64,000 nucleotides of DNA from the NCBI GenBank assembly GCA_963621245.1, contig CAVFCW010000004.1:54286-118285 (forward strand), in the 5' to 3' direction. Under the pieces are notes generated by a model, which saw only the letters and a program-made list of their open reading frames with translations, had not been told where the DNA came from and made no database searches. The DNA is from an uncultured Prevotella sp. GTDB taxonomy: Bacteria > Bacillota > Clostridia > Oscillospirales > Acutalibacteraceae. The position numbers and the translations under genes were made by a program. Shown one piece after another: positions 35,471-45,279 of the stretch. Each line of letters opens with the position of its first letter. Within the stretch, counting starts at the first letter, position 1.

Positions 35471-35708
35471 TGTTCTTTGTATACAAAAAGAATATTTTTA
35501 CATTTTGTATTCAGAATACTGTATCGCTTTAATGAAAAGAAACGGCATTTTTGAGAGGGCGAAAATCTGTTCTTTCAAAATCCGAATATTTTCCCTATGA
35601 CATTTTTGAAAAAAGCCGTCACTCTCGGCTTTGACATATATTTTTGTAAAAAATGTTAATAGATAATTAAAATTTTTGACCGTGAGTATTTCATTTGTGG
35701 TAATTTGA

Positions 35709-35717
35709 TGTTATAAT
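35709..35717 (+). promoter_or_regulatory. extended -10 element (TGTTATAAT) upstream of the mrp cluster
   Basis: TGT plus TATAAT at 35709-35717. There is no convincing -35. It lies ~140 nt upstream of mrpE in a 390-bp AT-rich spacer. Confidence 0.25.
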
Positions 35718-35859
35718 TTTTATCAATATGATTATTCGATAAAGTTATCGCATTTTAACGGGAAATGCTTTTCCTTACCGAATTTTTACCGACTTCAATT
35801 TTATAAGGTCGGATTTTCATTTTGCTTTTAAAGAAATTATGTATGAAGGAGGTATTTTT

Positions 35860-36360
35860 ATGTATTTGTTGCTTTTTGTGATGTGGATTATATTTAACGG
35901 CAACATAACTCTTGAAATTGTTCTTTTCGGCTTGTTCGTATCTGCCGGAGTTTTTGCTTTTTGCTGTTTCTTTATGGATCACAGCATCAAAAAGGAAATT
36001 GCACTCTACAAAAACCTTATTAGCGGCTTTTGCTATGCCGTGGTGCTTGTGGTAGAGATTGTGAAGGCAAATAACTTTGTTCTTAAAATGATACTCACGC
36101 AGAAAGAGGAGCCCGTACCCGCTGTAGTCAGTTTTCGCACTAAGCTGAAAACAAACGCAGGCAGAGCTTTTCTTGCCAACGCCATCACGCTTACGCCCGG
36201 TACGATTACGGTCATGATGGAAAACGAATGGTATCTTGTTCACTGCCTCGATGAAAGCTTGGCAGAGGGCATGGACGACTCCGATTTCGTGCATCGCATT
36301 CAGAAAATGGAGGATAGGGCGCTTCAGTCGATGAATAAGAAGGGGGACAAGAAAAAATGA
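35860..36360 (+). CDS. mrpE: Na+/H+ antiporter subunit E (MrpE/MnhE/MbhA-like)
   Basis: ..FVMWIIFNG......LFG..VS...F........LI.....V..ANN.V........P....F......NAITLTPGTI.V is the MnhE pattern. ATG 35860 follows GGAGG. Confidence 0.8.
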   Translation: MYLLLFVMWIIFNGNITLEIVLFGLFVSAGVFAFCCFFMDHSIKKEIALYKNLISGFCYAVVLVVEIVKANNFVLKMILTQKEEPVPAVVSFRTKLKTNAGRAFLANAITLTPGTITVMMENEWYLVHCLDESLAEGMDDSDFVHRIQKMEDRALQSMNKKGDKKK

Positions 36361-36668
36361 GTTTGGTTTCTGCCTTTTTTACCGTTGTTTTGATAATTCT
36401 TGCTCTTCTGATAATTCTTTGCCTTGTAAGGGCGGTTATCGGCCCGAGCGTTGCCGACAGAATTGTTGCCACAAATATGACCGGTACGCTTGTCATCACG
36501 GCTATTGCCGTGCTTGCCGTTAAAATGCGCGAAGGCTATCTTGTGGATATTTGCCTTATCTATGCGCTCATAAGCTTTTTGGCGGTCATTGTTCTCACAA
36601 AAGTTTATATGGGAGTTTACATTCAGAGAAAGTCCGGAAAGGAGGATAAGCACGATGAGCGCTATTGA
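36357..36668 (+). CDS. mrpF: monovalent cation/H+ antiporter subunit F (MrpF/MbhB-like)
   Basis: LCLVRAVIGPSVADRIVA.N..GT........L........D..L.YAL..FL is the MnhF motif. Confidence 0.85.
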   Translation: MSLVSAFFTVVLIILALLIILCLVRAVIGPSVADRIVATNMTGTLVITAIAVLAVKMREGYLVDICLIYALISFLAVIVLTKVYMGVYIQRKSGKEDKHDERY

Positions 36669-37038
36669 GTGGGTAAGATTTATCATCGGAGCGGCTCTGC
36701 TTATTTTCGGAGTTTTTATTTTTGTGGTTCAGATGATAGGAATTTTCAAGTTTAATTATGTCCTAAACAGAATGCACGCCGCCGCCATGGGCGATACGCT
36801 GGGTCTCGGCAGCAGTCTTCTCGGACTTATCATAATAAACGGATTTGATTTTACAAGCCTTAAGCTTTTTATAATCATCGTCTTTTTGTGGTTTTCTTCT
36901 CCCGTTTCGTCTCACCTTATCACAAGGCTTGAAATGACGACGGACGAGCATCACCACGATCACTACAAGGTTTTCGATCTTCACGAGAACGACGTGCCCG
37001 TCGGTCAGACCGACGACGAAAAGAAAGAGGTGGAATAA
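36655..37038 (+). CDS. mrpG: monovalent cation/H+ antiporter subunit G (MrpG/MbhC-like)
   Basis: GA.LLIFGVFIF.V..IGI.KF......RMHAA...DTLG is the MnhG motif. The start follows GGAGG and overlaps the mrpF end. Confidence 0.85.
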   Translation: MSAIEWVRFIIGAALLIFGVFIFVVQMIGIFKFNYVLNRMHAAAMGDTLGLGSSLLGLIIINGFDFTSLKLFIIIVFLWFSSPVSSHLITRLEMTTDEHHHDHYKVFDLHENDVPVGQTDDEKKEVE

Positions 37039-37331
37039 TGCAGGTATTTATGATTATTCTGCTTGTGTTTCTTGTGGTGTGTGCGGTGTGCGCAAGCTTT
37101 TCAAAGAGTCTTCTCAACACGATACTCATTTTCATGAGTTTCAGCTTGGTTATGTCTATCATTTGGATGGTTTTGGAGTCGCCAGACCTCGCAATAACGG
37201 AGGCGGCAGTCGGCGCAGGCGTCACGAGCATACTTTTCTTTTTGACGCTCAAGAAAATTCACGCCATAGAAAACAACCCCGAAGATTCTGAAGAAAAGGA
37301 GGAAGAGGAAAATGGCAAGGAAACTAAGTGA
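37038..37331 (+). CDS. MbhD-like small membrane subunit (DUF4040; corresponds to part of the MrpA C-terminal domain)
   Basis: SPDLAITEAAVGAGVTSILF is the characteristic DUF4040/MbhD motif. 97 aa with an acidic tail. Confidence 0.7.
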   Translation: MQVFMIILLVFLVVCAVCASFSKSLLNTILIFMSFSLVMSIIWMVLESPDLAITEAAVGAGVTSILFFLTLKKIHAIENNPEDSEEKEEEENGKETK

Positions 37332-38256
37332 CGGCGAGTACAAAAAGACCTTTTCCTACAAATTCTCTTCTTGGTTTAACGGAACGAGGGAATATTTTGT
37401 CGGCGAGCTTGAGATGAAGCCGCAGCCGGTAAAAAAACCGAGAAAGCCGCTTGCTCCCGCAGATCCGAACAGAAAAGCGTTTGATTTGAGAAACAACAAT
37501 GGCTTTAAGGAATTCACAAAAATATACCGTGTGTTCAGCGTTTTGCTGTGCCTTTTCATCGTGGTCATGCTGCTTATAGGAGTTAGCAAACTTCCCACTT
37601 ACGGCAGTGCGGACAGAGCCGTGAACAATGAGGTCGCCGCAAGATACATCGAATCGGGCGAACAGGAAACAGGTTCCGTAAATATAGTTACGGGAATGAT
37701 TTTAACCTACCGTGCGTTCGATACTTTCGGCGAGACCAACGTTCTCTTTATCGCAACGATTTGCGTTATGATAATGCTTGCCCTCGACGATAAAATTCTC
37801 AGAAAGGCAGAGGAGCACAACGACAGAATTTACGAGCCGAAAAATGACGTCATACTCCAGACGGTCGCAAAAATTCTGGTTCCGATAATTATGGTTTTCG
37901 GAATTTACATCATCGTGAACGGTCAACTTTCTCCCGGCGGCGGATTTTCGGGCGGCGCAACTCTCGGTGCGGCATTCACGCTGTTTTTGTGTGCGTTCGG
38001 CTTCAAGAAAACCGGTCGATTCCTAAACGAAAAGGTATATTCCGTTGCAAAGGTTACGGCCCTTTGCGCTTACGGCGCAATCGGAACTTATTACTACACA
38101 TGCGGCGCAAACGGAATAAACGATCACATTCCGCTTGGCACTCTCGGCAATATTCTCTCGGGCGGTATCATTTTCCCGATAGATGTTTGTGTAGGCGTTG
38201 AGGTTGCATGCACCATGTACGCATTCTACGCTTTGTTCAGAAGAGGAGGACTTTAA
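37312..38256 (+). CDS. mrpB: MnhB/MrpB-domain subunit (MbhE/F-like) with ~90-aa N-terminal extension
   Basis: VNIVTGMILTYRAFDTFGE and NGQLSPGGGFSGGA are MnhB-domain motifs. Confidence 0.8.
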   Translation: MARKLSDGEYKKTFSYKFSSWFNGTREYFVGELEMKPQPVKKPRKPLAPADPNRKAFDLRNNNGFKEFTKIYRVFSVLLCLFIVVMLLIGVSKLPTYGSADRAVNNEVAARYIESGEQETGSVNIVTGMILTYRAFDTFGETNVLFIATICVMIMLALDDKILRKAEEHNDRIYEPKNDVILQTVAKILVPIIMVFGIYIIVNGQLSPGGGFSGGATLGAAFTLFLCAFGFKKTGRFLNEKVYSVAKVTALCAYGAIGTYYYTCGANGINDHIPLGTLGNILSGGIIFPIDVCVGVEVACTMYAFYALFRRGGL

Positions 38257-38257
38257 T

Positions 38258-38635
38258 ATGCTTTCGGGACTTCTTGCAAATTATCCTTTAGCTGTTTCCG
38301 TAATCCTTTTCGGAATAGGCTTCTGCAATCTGCTTCTTCAGAAAAATCTGATCAAGAAAATTATCGGCTTCAACATTATGGACTCTGCGATTTATCTCTT
38401 TTTGGCACTTCAGGGCTACATCGAGGGAAGAATTGCGCCAATTGTCGTGGACGGCATTCAGCAGACGGACAAATATATCAATCCGATTCCTTCGGGACTT
38501 GTTCTCACGGGCATTGTCGTTTCGGTCTCCGTCTCGGCTGTTATGCTCTCGATCACAATAAGACTTTATCGCCGTTATCACACATTGAATCTCGATGAGA
38601 TAAGCACGATAGTAAACGAGGAGGACAGCAAATAA
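38258..38635 (+). CDS. mrpC: antiporter subunit C (MrpC/NuoK-like)
   Basis: ..ILFGIGFCNLLLQKNLIKKIIGFNIMDSAIYLF is the NuoK/MnhC pattern. ATG 38258 follows GAGGAGGA. Confidence 0.85.
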   Translation: MLSGLLANYPLAVSVILFGIGFCNLLLQKNLIKKIIGFNIMDSAIYLFLALQGYIEGRIAPIVVDGIQQTDKYINPIPSGLVLTGIVVSVSVSAVMLSITIRLYRRYHTLNLDEISTIVNEEDSK

Positions 38636-40152
38636 TGGAGCTTGTACAGTCCTTCCCGTCTTTCAGCATACTCATGTGTATGTTCGGAGGAATCATTACG
38701 TCTGCGGTTCACAACGGCAAAGCCGCAAAAAAGATTAACACATGTCTTTTGGTTATCGTGACGATCATGAGCTTTTGCGTGCTCACATTCACGATTAAAT
38801 CGGGAGACTACTACATCTACCAAATGGGCAGATTTTCCGCTCCGTGGGGAAACGAACTGCGCATAGGAATTCTCGAGGCAATGATGGCATTTTTCTTCTG
38901 CGTCATCATGCTGCTCTCCATGGTGGGCGGTTCTCTCGAGAGAGAAAAAGAGATAGAAAAAGGAAAGGCAAATCTCTATTATGTTCTTGCCAATCTTCTC
39001 TTGAGCTCGCTTCTTGCCCTTGTTTACACCAACGACCTTTTCACCGCTTACGTTTTTATAGAGATAAACACAATCTCCGCCTGCGGACTTATCATGGTAA
39101 ATCAGCACGGCAAAAACATCGAGGCGGCGGCACGCTACATGGTTATGAGCCTTTTGGGTTCGGGTCTTGTTCTGCTCGGCCTTTGCTGGCTTTACAGCAT
39201 AACGGGACATCTTCTCATGATGAATATTCATTCGGCTGTTGTGGCTCTCGTTCAAAACGGAAGCTATCACGTGCCGCTGGTCGTGTCGGTTACCATGATG
39301 GTAACGGGACTTGCGATAAAATCGGCGCTTTTCCCATTTCACACTTGGCTGCCAGACGCTTACGGCTACTCCACGCTTTCGTCGGCGGCTATACTCTCGT
39401 CTCTCGTCTCAAAGGGCTATCTTTTCCTTGTCATCAAGATTTTCTACCGTGTTATCGGCTTCGACATAATCTACGATGAAAAAATAGTCGATGTTCTCTT
39501 TGTTTTCGGTATAGCGGGAATGATTTTCGGCTCGATTGACGCAATAAGAGAAAACGACATCAGACGAATGATAGCTTATTCTTCCGTGGCTCAGATTGGA
39601 TATATCTACATGGGATTCGGTCTCGGAACAACCTACGGAATGATAGCAAGCATTTACCACATTCTCGTCCATGCCGCAACAAAGTCTTTGCTGTTCATAT
39701 GCGCCTCGGGACTTACGGACGCTTCAAACGGCAAGCGGGATTTCCTAAGCCTTACCGGTGCGGCATACAGAAACAAGCTTGCGGGAGTCACCTTTATGGT
39801 GGGTTCGCTCTCGATGATAGGTTTCCCCGCATTCGGCGGATTTATCAGCAAACTTCTTTTTGCCGAGGCCGGTGTCGAGTGCAAAAACAAAATGCTCCTC
39901 ACATTCCTTGCGCTTGCCGTGAGCACAATCTTAAATGCGGTGTACTTCATGAAAACCGTTGTCAGAATTTATACTCCCGCCCACAAATCGAGAGTTAAAG
40001 TCGATACGGAAGGCTACGAAAATATAAGCATGAAGATGCAGCCCGCAAAGAGTTTCTCCATGATTCTTTTAATCGTAATCAACTTCGTTTTGGGTCTTGC
40101 TTCCGATCCGATAGTCGATCTCATAAGCAAGGGCTTAGCCATGTTCTCATAA
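38635..40152 (+). CDS. mrpD: antiporter-like subunit 1 (MrpD/NuoN/MbhH family, PF00361-type)
   Basis: 505 aa, polytopic. It has HTWLPDAY...SSAAILSS and MIAYSSVAQIGY. Its start overlaps the mrpC stop (TAATG). Confidence 0.85.
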   Translation: MELVQSFPSFSILMCMFGGIITSAVHNGKAAKKINTCLLVIVTIMSFCVLTFTIKSGDYYIYQMGRFSAPWGNELRIGILEAMMAFFFCVIMLLSMVGGSLEREKEIEKGKANLYYVLANLLLSSLLALVYTNDLFTAYVFIEINTISACGLIMVNQHGKNIEAAARYMVMSLLGSGLVLLGLCWLYSITGHLLMMNIHSAVVALVQNGSYHVPLVVSVTMMVTGLAIKSALFPFHTWLPDAYGYSTLSSAAILSSLVSKGYLFLVIKIFYRVIGFDIIYDEKIVDVLFVFGIAGMIFGSIDAIRENDIRRMIAYSSVAQIGYIYMGFGLGTTYGMIASIYHILVHAATKSLLFICASGLTDASNGKRDFLSLTGAAYRNKLAGVTFMVGSLSMIGFPAFGGFISKLLFAEAGVECKNKMLLTFLALAVSTILNAVYFMKTVVRIYTPAHKSRVKVDTEGYENISMKMQPAKSFSMILLIVINFVLGLASDPIVDLISKGLAMFS

Positions 40153-40162
40153 GGAGGGGAAG

Positions 40163-41677
40163 ATGAATACTTTATTGATAGTTCCGTCGTTCCTCTCGGC
40201 GGTTGTGGGAATATGCGTCCTCGTTTCGTCTTTTCGTGATCACGCCCACTCGAAGGACTGGTTCGGCAAGAGCGTTCCCGAAAGCGGAATAAAAACGCTT
40301 CACGCCGTAACGCTTGCGACAATCGGAGTTTCTGCGGCAATAGCGATATTCTGCGCTTGGGCTCACATGAATACCGAACTTCACCTTTTCAGCTTTGTCG
40401 GCGGAATTCCCGTCTACTTCAAAAACGATGAGATTTCGGCACTTTTTGTTACCGTGGCGTCTGTCGTCTGGCTTTCCATTTGCGTCTATGCGTTCAAGTA
40501 CATGAAACACGAGGGCAACGAAAAACGCTTTTTCGGAATTTACATGATAGTTTTCGCCGTTGTAGTTGCGCTTTGTTTTTCGGGCAACCTCATAACTTTC
40601 TATTTCTGCTATGAGCTTATGACAATCACCTCAATGGTGCTTGTGCTTCACAGCGGAACAAGAGAGGCGATAATGGCGGCTCTCAAATATCTTTTCTATT
40701 CCATGGCCGGCGCTTACTGCGCTCTTTACGGAATTTACATTCTCTATCAGAATACGGACAGCCTTACTTTCACCCCCGGCGGTACGCTCAATCTTCAGTC
40801 GGCTGAAAGCAACCGAACCATAGTGCTTATTGCGATATTCTTCATGCTCATCGGTTTCGGCGCAAAGGCGGGTATGCTTCCGCTTCACGGCTGGCTTCCG
40901 GCGGCTCATCCCGTTGCGCCCGCACCCGCTTCGGCGGCTCTCTCGGCGATTATCGTCAAGGGCGGCGTTTTGGCTGTTATCCGAACGGTTTATTACATCG
41001 TCGGCGCAGAATTCATAAGAGGAACATGGGTTCAGTACGCTTGGATGGGTCTTGCACTCATGACCGTCCTGATGGGTTCTATGCTCGCTTACAAAGAAAA
41101 AGTTTTCAAAAAGCGACTCGCTTATTCGACCGTATCTCAGGTATCTTACATTCTTTTCGGCTTGTCATGCTTGAGCGAGGGCGCGCTTGACGGTGCGCTT
41201 CTGCACGTGGTTTTCCACGCCGTGATAAAAACTTCGCTGTTTTTAACCGCAGGAATATTTATTTTCCGTACGGGCAAAACGAACGTCTCAGACTTTACGG
41301 CAATCGGAAAAAAATATCCCGTCACGCTTTGGGCGTTTACGCTTTCTTCGCTTGCGCTTATCGGTATTCCTCCTTGCAGCGGATTTATAAGCAAGTGGTA
41401 TCTGGCACAGGGAGCACTCGGCTCGAACATCGGCATTATGAGATTTGTCGGCCCGTGCGTGCTTCTTTTGAGTGCTCTTTTGACTGCCGGCTATCTGCTT
41501 CCGATTGCGATTAACGGCTTTTTGCCCGGCAAGGAATGCACAATAAAAAGGGAAAAAGAGAAAATTGATTCCATGACGGTCGTGGTTTTCGTTATGGCGG
41601 TTCTCGCCGTGCTTCTCGGAATTTTTCCGAATCCGCTTATTAATTTTGTCGGCGGTATTTCCGCTGCCGTTCTTTAA
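40163..41677 (+). CDS. mrpD: antiporter-like subunit 2 (MrpD/NuoM-N family)
   Basis: 504 aa with HGWLPAAHPVAPAPASAALSAIIVKGGV and LAYSTVSQVSYI. Confidence 0.85.
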   Translation: MNTLLIVPSFLSAVVGICVLVSSFRDHAHSKDWFGKSVPESGIKTLHAVTLATIGVSAAIAIFCAWAHMNTELHLFSFVGGIPVYFKNDEISALFVTVASVVWLSICVYAFKYMKHEGNEKRFFGIYMIVFAVVVALCFSGNLITFYFCYELMTITSMVLVLHSGTREAIMAALKYLFYSMAGAYCALYGIYILYQNTDSLTFTPGGTLNLQSAESNRTIVLIAIFFMLIGFGAKAGMLPLHGWLPAAHPVAPAPASAALSAIIVKGGVLAVIRTVYYIVGAEFIRGTWVQYAWMGLALMTVLMGSMLAYKEKVFKKRLAYSTVSQVSYILFGLSCLSEGALDGALLHVVFHAVIKTSLFLTAGIFIFRTGKTNVSDFTAIGKKYPVTLWAFTLSSLALIGIPPCSGFISKWYLAQGALGSNIGIMRFVGPCVLLLSALLTAGYLLPIAINGFLPGKECTIKREKEKIDSMTVVVFVMAVLAVLLGIFPNPLINFVGGISAAVL

Positions 41678-41689
41678 GGAGGTACAAAT

Positions 41690-43171
41690 ATGCCGTCATA
41701 TATGATGTTAGCTGCTGTACTTATCCCGATAGTCAGCGGAATTTCGGTTATGCTGATACCGTTCAAATCGGCAAGGGCAAGAAATGTTTACATCGAGATA
41801 TTCACACTTATAACCTCGGTAATCATTTTTGCTTTGATATTCAACCGTCCCGAGGGATCTATCACCATTTTCAGATTTACGGGACAACTCACCATAGGAC
41901 TCTCTCTTGACAGAGTGGGATCTGTTTTCTCGGTTATAATTGCTTTCTTGTGGCCGTTTGCGAATTTGTATGCGTTCGAGTACATGGAGCATGACTCAAG
42001 ACAGCACATGTTCTTCGGGTTTTATCTAATAACCTACGGCGTCACTGCGGGCATTGCCATGAGCGAGGGCATTGTCTCTATGTACTTCTTCTATGAGCTT
42101 CTCACCATGGTCACTATTCCGCTTGTCATTCACGAGTTAAACCCCGAGTCCGTTTATGCAACAAGAACCTATATGTATTATTCTTTGGGTGGTGCGGCTT
42201 TTGCGTTTATCGGCATGATATTCATTCTCATGTTCGGCACAAGTCACAGCTTTGTGCCCGGCGGCGTTCTCGATATGACCGAAGTCGACTCAAGAACGAA
42301 TTTGATGCTTATAGTTTACGTTCTCTGCTTTTGCGGTTTCTCCGTCAAGGCGGCGATGTTCCCGTTCTCCGATTGGCTTCCCAAGGCGGGCGTTGCGCCA
42401 ACTCCCGTTACGGCTTTGCTTCACGCCGTTGCGGTTGTTAAAGCCGGTGCGTTCGCCACGGTTCGAATCACATATTTCTGTTTCGGCACGGAGTTTTTGA
42501 AAGGAACATGGGCGCAGTACCTTCTCATGGGGCTTACTTCGTTCACGATAGTTTACGGCTGTTCCAGAGCACTCAAGGAGACTCATTTTAAAAGGCGTCT
42601 TGCATGGTCTACCGTCTCGAATTTGTCGTACATCATGTTCGGCGTTGTCATAATGACCCCCGAGGGACTAACGGGCGGACTTTGCCACATGATTGTTCAC
42701 GCACTTGTTAAAATCACTGCGTTTTTCTGCGCCGGTGCGGTCATTCACCGTGCGAATAAGAATTATATCTACGAGCTTGACGGTTTGGGCAGAAGAATGC
42801 CTTTGACGTTTATCGTTTACACCATATCGGGCTTTGCACTGATGGGCGTGCCGGGACTTGCGGGATTTACCAGCAAGTGGAGCCTGGCTCATGCGGCTAC
42901 GACAAGCGGCAATTTCATGGGATATGTCGGTTTGGGATGCATTCTTATTTCTGCACTTCTCACGGCGATTTACATGTTGACCGTTTCCGTGCGTGCGTTC
43001 TTCCCCGGAAAGGATTTTGATCATTCCACAATTTCTAAGGACATAAGCGATCCCACATGGAGAATGCTTGTTCCGCTCTTTGTGTTCGTTGTTTTGATGT
43101 TTGTTATCGGACTTTGCCCGAGCTTGCTCACAAACGCAGTCGAAAGCGTTGTAAGCAGTGTGATTTCTTGA
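41690..43171 (+). CDS. mrpD: antiporter-like subunit 3 (MrpD/NuoM-N family)
   Basis: 493 aa with DWLPKAGVAPTPVTALLHAVAVVKAG and LAWSTVSNLSYI. Confidence 0.85.
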   Translation: MPSYMMLAAVLIPIVSGISVMLIPFKSARARNVYIEIFTLITSVIIFALIFNRPEGSITIFRFTGQLTIGLSLDRVGSVFSVIIAFLWPFANLYAFEYMEHDSRQHMFFGFYLITYGVTAGIAMSEGIVSMYFFYELLTMVTIPLVIHELNPESVYATRTYMYYSLGGAAFAFIGMIFILMFGTSHSFVPGGVLDMTEVDSRTNLMLIVYVLCFCGFSVKAAMFPFSDWLPKAGVAPTPVTALLHAVAVVKAGAFATVRITYFCFGTEFLKGTWAQYLLMGLTSFTIVYGCSRALKETHFKRRLAWSTVSNLSYIMFGVVIMTPEGLTGGLCHMIVHALVKITAFFCAGAVIHRANKNYIYELDGLGRRMPLTFIVYTISGFALMGVPGLAGFTSKWSLAHAATTSGNFMGYVGLGCILISALLTAIYMLTVSVRAFFPGKDFDHSTISKDISDPTWRMLVPLFVFVVLMFVIGLCPSLLTNAVESVVSSVIS

Positions 43172-43184
43172 CGGAGGTGGAAAA

Positions 43185-45125
43185 ATGAAAACAATGCTTC
43201 CCGCAGTTTTGGTTTTGCTTCCGTTCTTGGGTGCGCTCTTCGGCGGAATAATCGGCACGAAAAACGAAAAGGCAAGAGATTATTTTGCCGATATAATCGT
43301 GATTGCCGAGTTCGTGATAATGACATTCTCGTTTATCAAATTCAGCGCAACCTACGGAGACTACTGCCACATAGGTGAGATTTGCGGTTTCGGTCTCAAT
43401 TTCACCTTTGACGGATTCCGACTTCTCTACGGACTTGTTGCGGCGTTTATGTGGATGATGACCACGATACTTTCAAGAGAGTATTTCACTCATCACGACA
43501 ACCGCAACCGATTTTATATCTTTATGCTCCTCACGCTTGGGGCAACGATGGGCGTTTTTCTCTCGTCCGATCTGTTCACAACGTTTATATTCTTCGAGAT
43601 TATGAGCTTCACATCCTATGTGTGGGTCGCTCAGGAGGAAACTCCCGGTGCGCTTCGGGCGGCGGCAACATATCTCGGAGTAGCCGTTATCGGCGGACTT
43701 GTAATGCTCATGGGCATATTCATGCTTTACTTTAAGCTTGGCACGCTTGAGATGAGCGAACTTCTCTCGGCTTCTTCTGCCGTAACGAACAAAGCTTATC
43801 TTTACGTTGCCGGTGCTTTTCTCACCTTCGGCTTCGGCGCAAAGGCCGGCGCATTTCCGCTTCACATTTGGCTTCCCAAGGCTCATCCCGTTGCACCGGC
43901 TCCCGCTAGCGCATTGCTTTCGGGCATACTCACAAAGTCGGGCGTCTTCGGCGTGATAGTCGTAAGCTTCAATATTTTCCTCGGTGACGCCGCATGGGGA
44001 AAGTGGATACTTGCGATAGGCGTTCTCACGATGTTCGGCGGCGCTCTGCTTGCGGTTTTCTCGGTCGATTTGAAGAGAACTCTCGCTTGCTCGTCCATGT
44101 CGCAGATTGGATTTATTCTTGTCGGAATCGGCACGGCTAATATTCTCGATGAAGAAATTTTCCTTGCCGTGCACGGCTCACTGCTTCACATGGTCAATCA
44201 CTCGCTTATCAAGCTTGTGCTTTTTATGGCTGCCGGTGTTATCTACATGAACACTCATGCGCTTGACCTCAACGATATTCGCGGTTTCGGAAGAAAAAAG
44301 CCTGCGCTCATGATTATTTTCCTAGTCGGTGCGCTTGCAATCGGCGGCGTTCCGATGTTCGGCGGTTACATAAGCAAGACGCTTCTTCACGAGAGCATAC
44401 TTTTGTGCGAGTTCGGCGGAAAATACAACTGGACAAAAATCGTGGAGTGGATATTTCTCTTGAGCGGCGGCCTCACGGTTGCTTATATGACCAAGCTTTT
44501 TGTCGCCGTCTTTGTTGAAAAGAACGAGGACGAAAAAAAGCAGAAAAAGTTTGACGAGAACAAGAAATACATGAATTTCGAGTCGGCTTTTGCGCTCGGT
44601 GGTTCGGCGTTGGTGCTTTTTGTCTGGGGACTTTTCCCGTATAAATTTATGGACAAGGCGGCTCGCCTCGGAGAAAGCTTTTTCGACTACTCGGGAGAAA
44701 CCGAAAAAATCAACTATTTCAGTCTTGAGAATCTGAAGGGTGCTTTTATCTCGATAGCAATCGGAGCGATTGTTTATTTTGTGATTGTCAGACCGCTTTT
44801 GATGAAAGACAAGAGATATGTGAACCTTTGGCCGAAGTGGTGGGATACCGAGGACTACATTTACCGTCCGCTTTTGCTGATTGTGATTCCGAATGTTCTC
44901 ACGTTCTTCTGCCGCATTTGCGACAGCCTTGTGGACATCATCGTTTGGGGATTGAGAAAAACGATTTACCGAGACTCAAAGATTCCGTGGCTTAAGCGAC
45001 CGAAGAATATGAAATATCAGTACATGAGAGAAACCACAAGCATTATTCAGAGAAGTATTTCTTACGGATTTATGCTTTTCGGATTGGGACTAATAATAAC
45101 GGTGCTTTATCTCATACTCGCTTGA
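43185..45125 (+). CDS. mrpA: antiporter-like subunit 4, NuoL/MrpA-like with long C-terminal extension
   Basis: 646 aa with HIWLPKAHPVAPAPASALLSGILTKSGV and LACSSMSQIGFI. After the core there is a Lys/Glu-rich segment (EKNEDEKKQKKFDENKK) and further hydrophobic spans. Confidence 0.8.
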   Translation: MKTMLPAVLVLLPFLGALFGGIIGTKNEKARDYFADIIVIAEFVIMTFSFIKFSATYGDYCHIGEICGFGLNFTFDGFRLLYGLVAAFMWMMTTILSREYFTHHDNRNRFYIFMLLTLGATMGVFLSSDLFTTFIFFEIMSFTSYVWVAQEETPGALRAAATYLGVAVIGGLVMLMGIFMLYFKLGTLEMSELLSASSAVTNKAYLYVAGAFLTFGFGAKAGAFPLHIWLPKAHPVAPAPASALLSGILTKSGVFGVIVVSFNIFLGDAAWGKWILAIGVLTMFGGALLAVFSVDLKRTLACSSMSQIGFILVGIGTANILDEEIFLAVHGSLLHMVNHSLIKLVLFMAAGVIYMNTHALDLNDIRGFGRKKPALMIIFLVGALAIGGVPMFGGYISKTLLHESILLCEFGGKYNWTKIVEWIFLLSGGLTVAYMTKLFVAVFVEKNEDEKKQKKFDENKKYMNFESAFALGGSALVLFVWGLFPYKFMDKAARLGESFFDYSGETEKINYFSLENLKGAFISIAIGAIVYFVIVRPLLMKDKRYVNLWPKWWDTEDYIYRPLLLIVIPNVLTFFCRICDSLVDIIVWGLRKTIYRDSKIPWLKRPKNMKYQYMRETTSIIQRSISYGFMLFGLGLIITVLYLILA

Positions 45126-45146
45126 TATTTTGAATAAGTTAAATTT

Positions 45147-45192
45147 GGGCTGTGTGCAATTTTAATGATTGCGCACAGCCCTATTTGTTTTT
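45147..45192 (+). terminator. intrinsic terminator of the mrp cluster
   Basis: A 14-bp stem, GGGCTGTGTGCAAT / ATTGCGCACAGCCC, followed by TATTTGTTTTT. Confidence 0.8.
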
Positions 45193-45209
45193 ACGGCAAG
45201 AAATATAAA

Positions 45210-45238
45210 TTGAACAGTCTCTATTTCGGTGCTATAAT
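45210..45238 (+). promoter_or_regulatory. putative promoter (TTGAAC-17-TGcTATAAT) of the C39-like/AEC/HAD/pdxK operon
   Basis: TTGAAC at 45210-45215, a 17-nt spacer ending in TGC, and TATAAT at 45233-45238. Confidence 0.55.
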
Positions 45239-45279
45239 CTAATTGCTTATTTTATTCGGACGAAACGGAGGAAAATATT

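Noticed and set aside
35755-36294. 179-aa ORF on the - strand overlapping mrpE. Similar antisense ORFs lie inside mrpD/mrpA (38578-39342, 42668-43258, 43473-44174).
   Set aside because: They are antisense to genes with clear family motifs and operon-style coupling. They have no SD. Their hydrophilic, odd composition is typical of reverse frames of membrane-protein genes.
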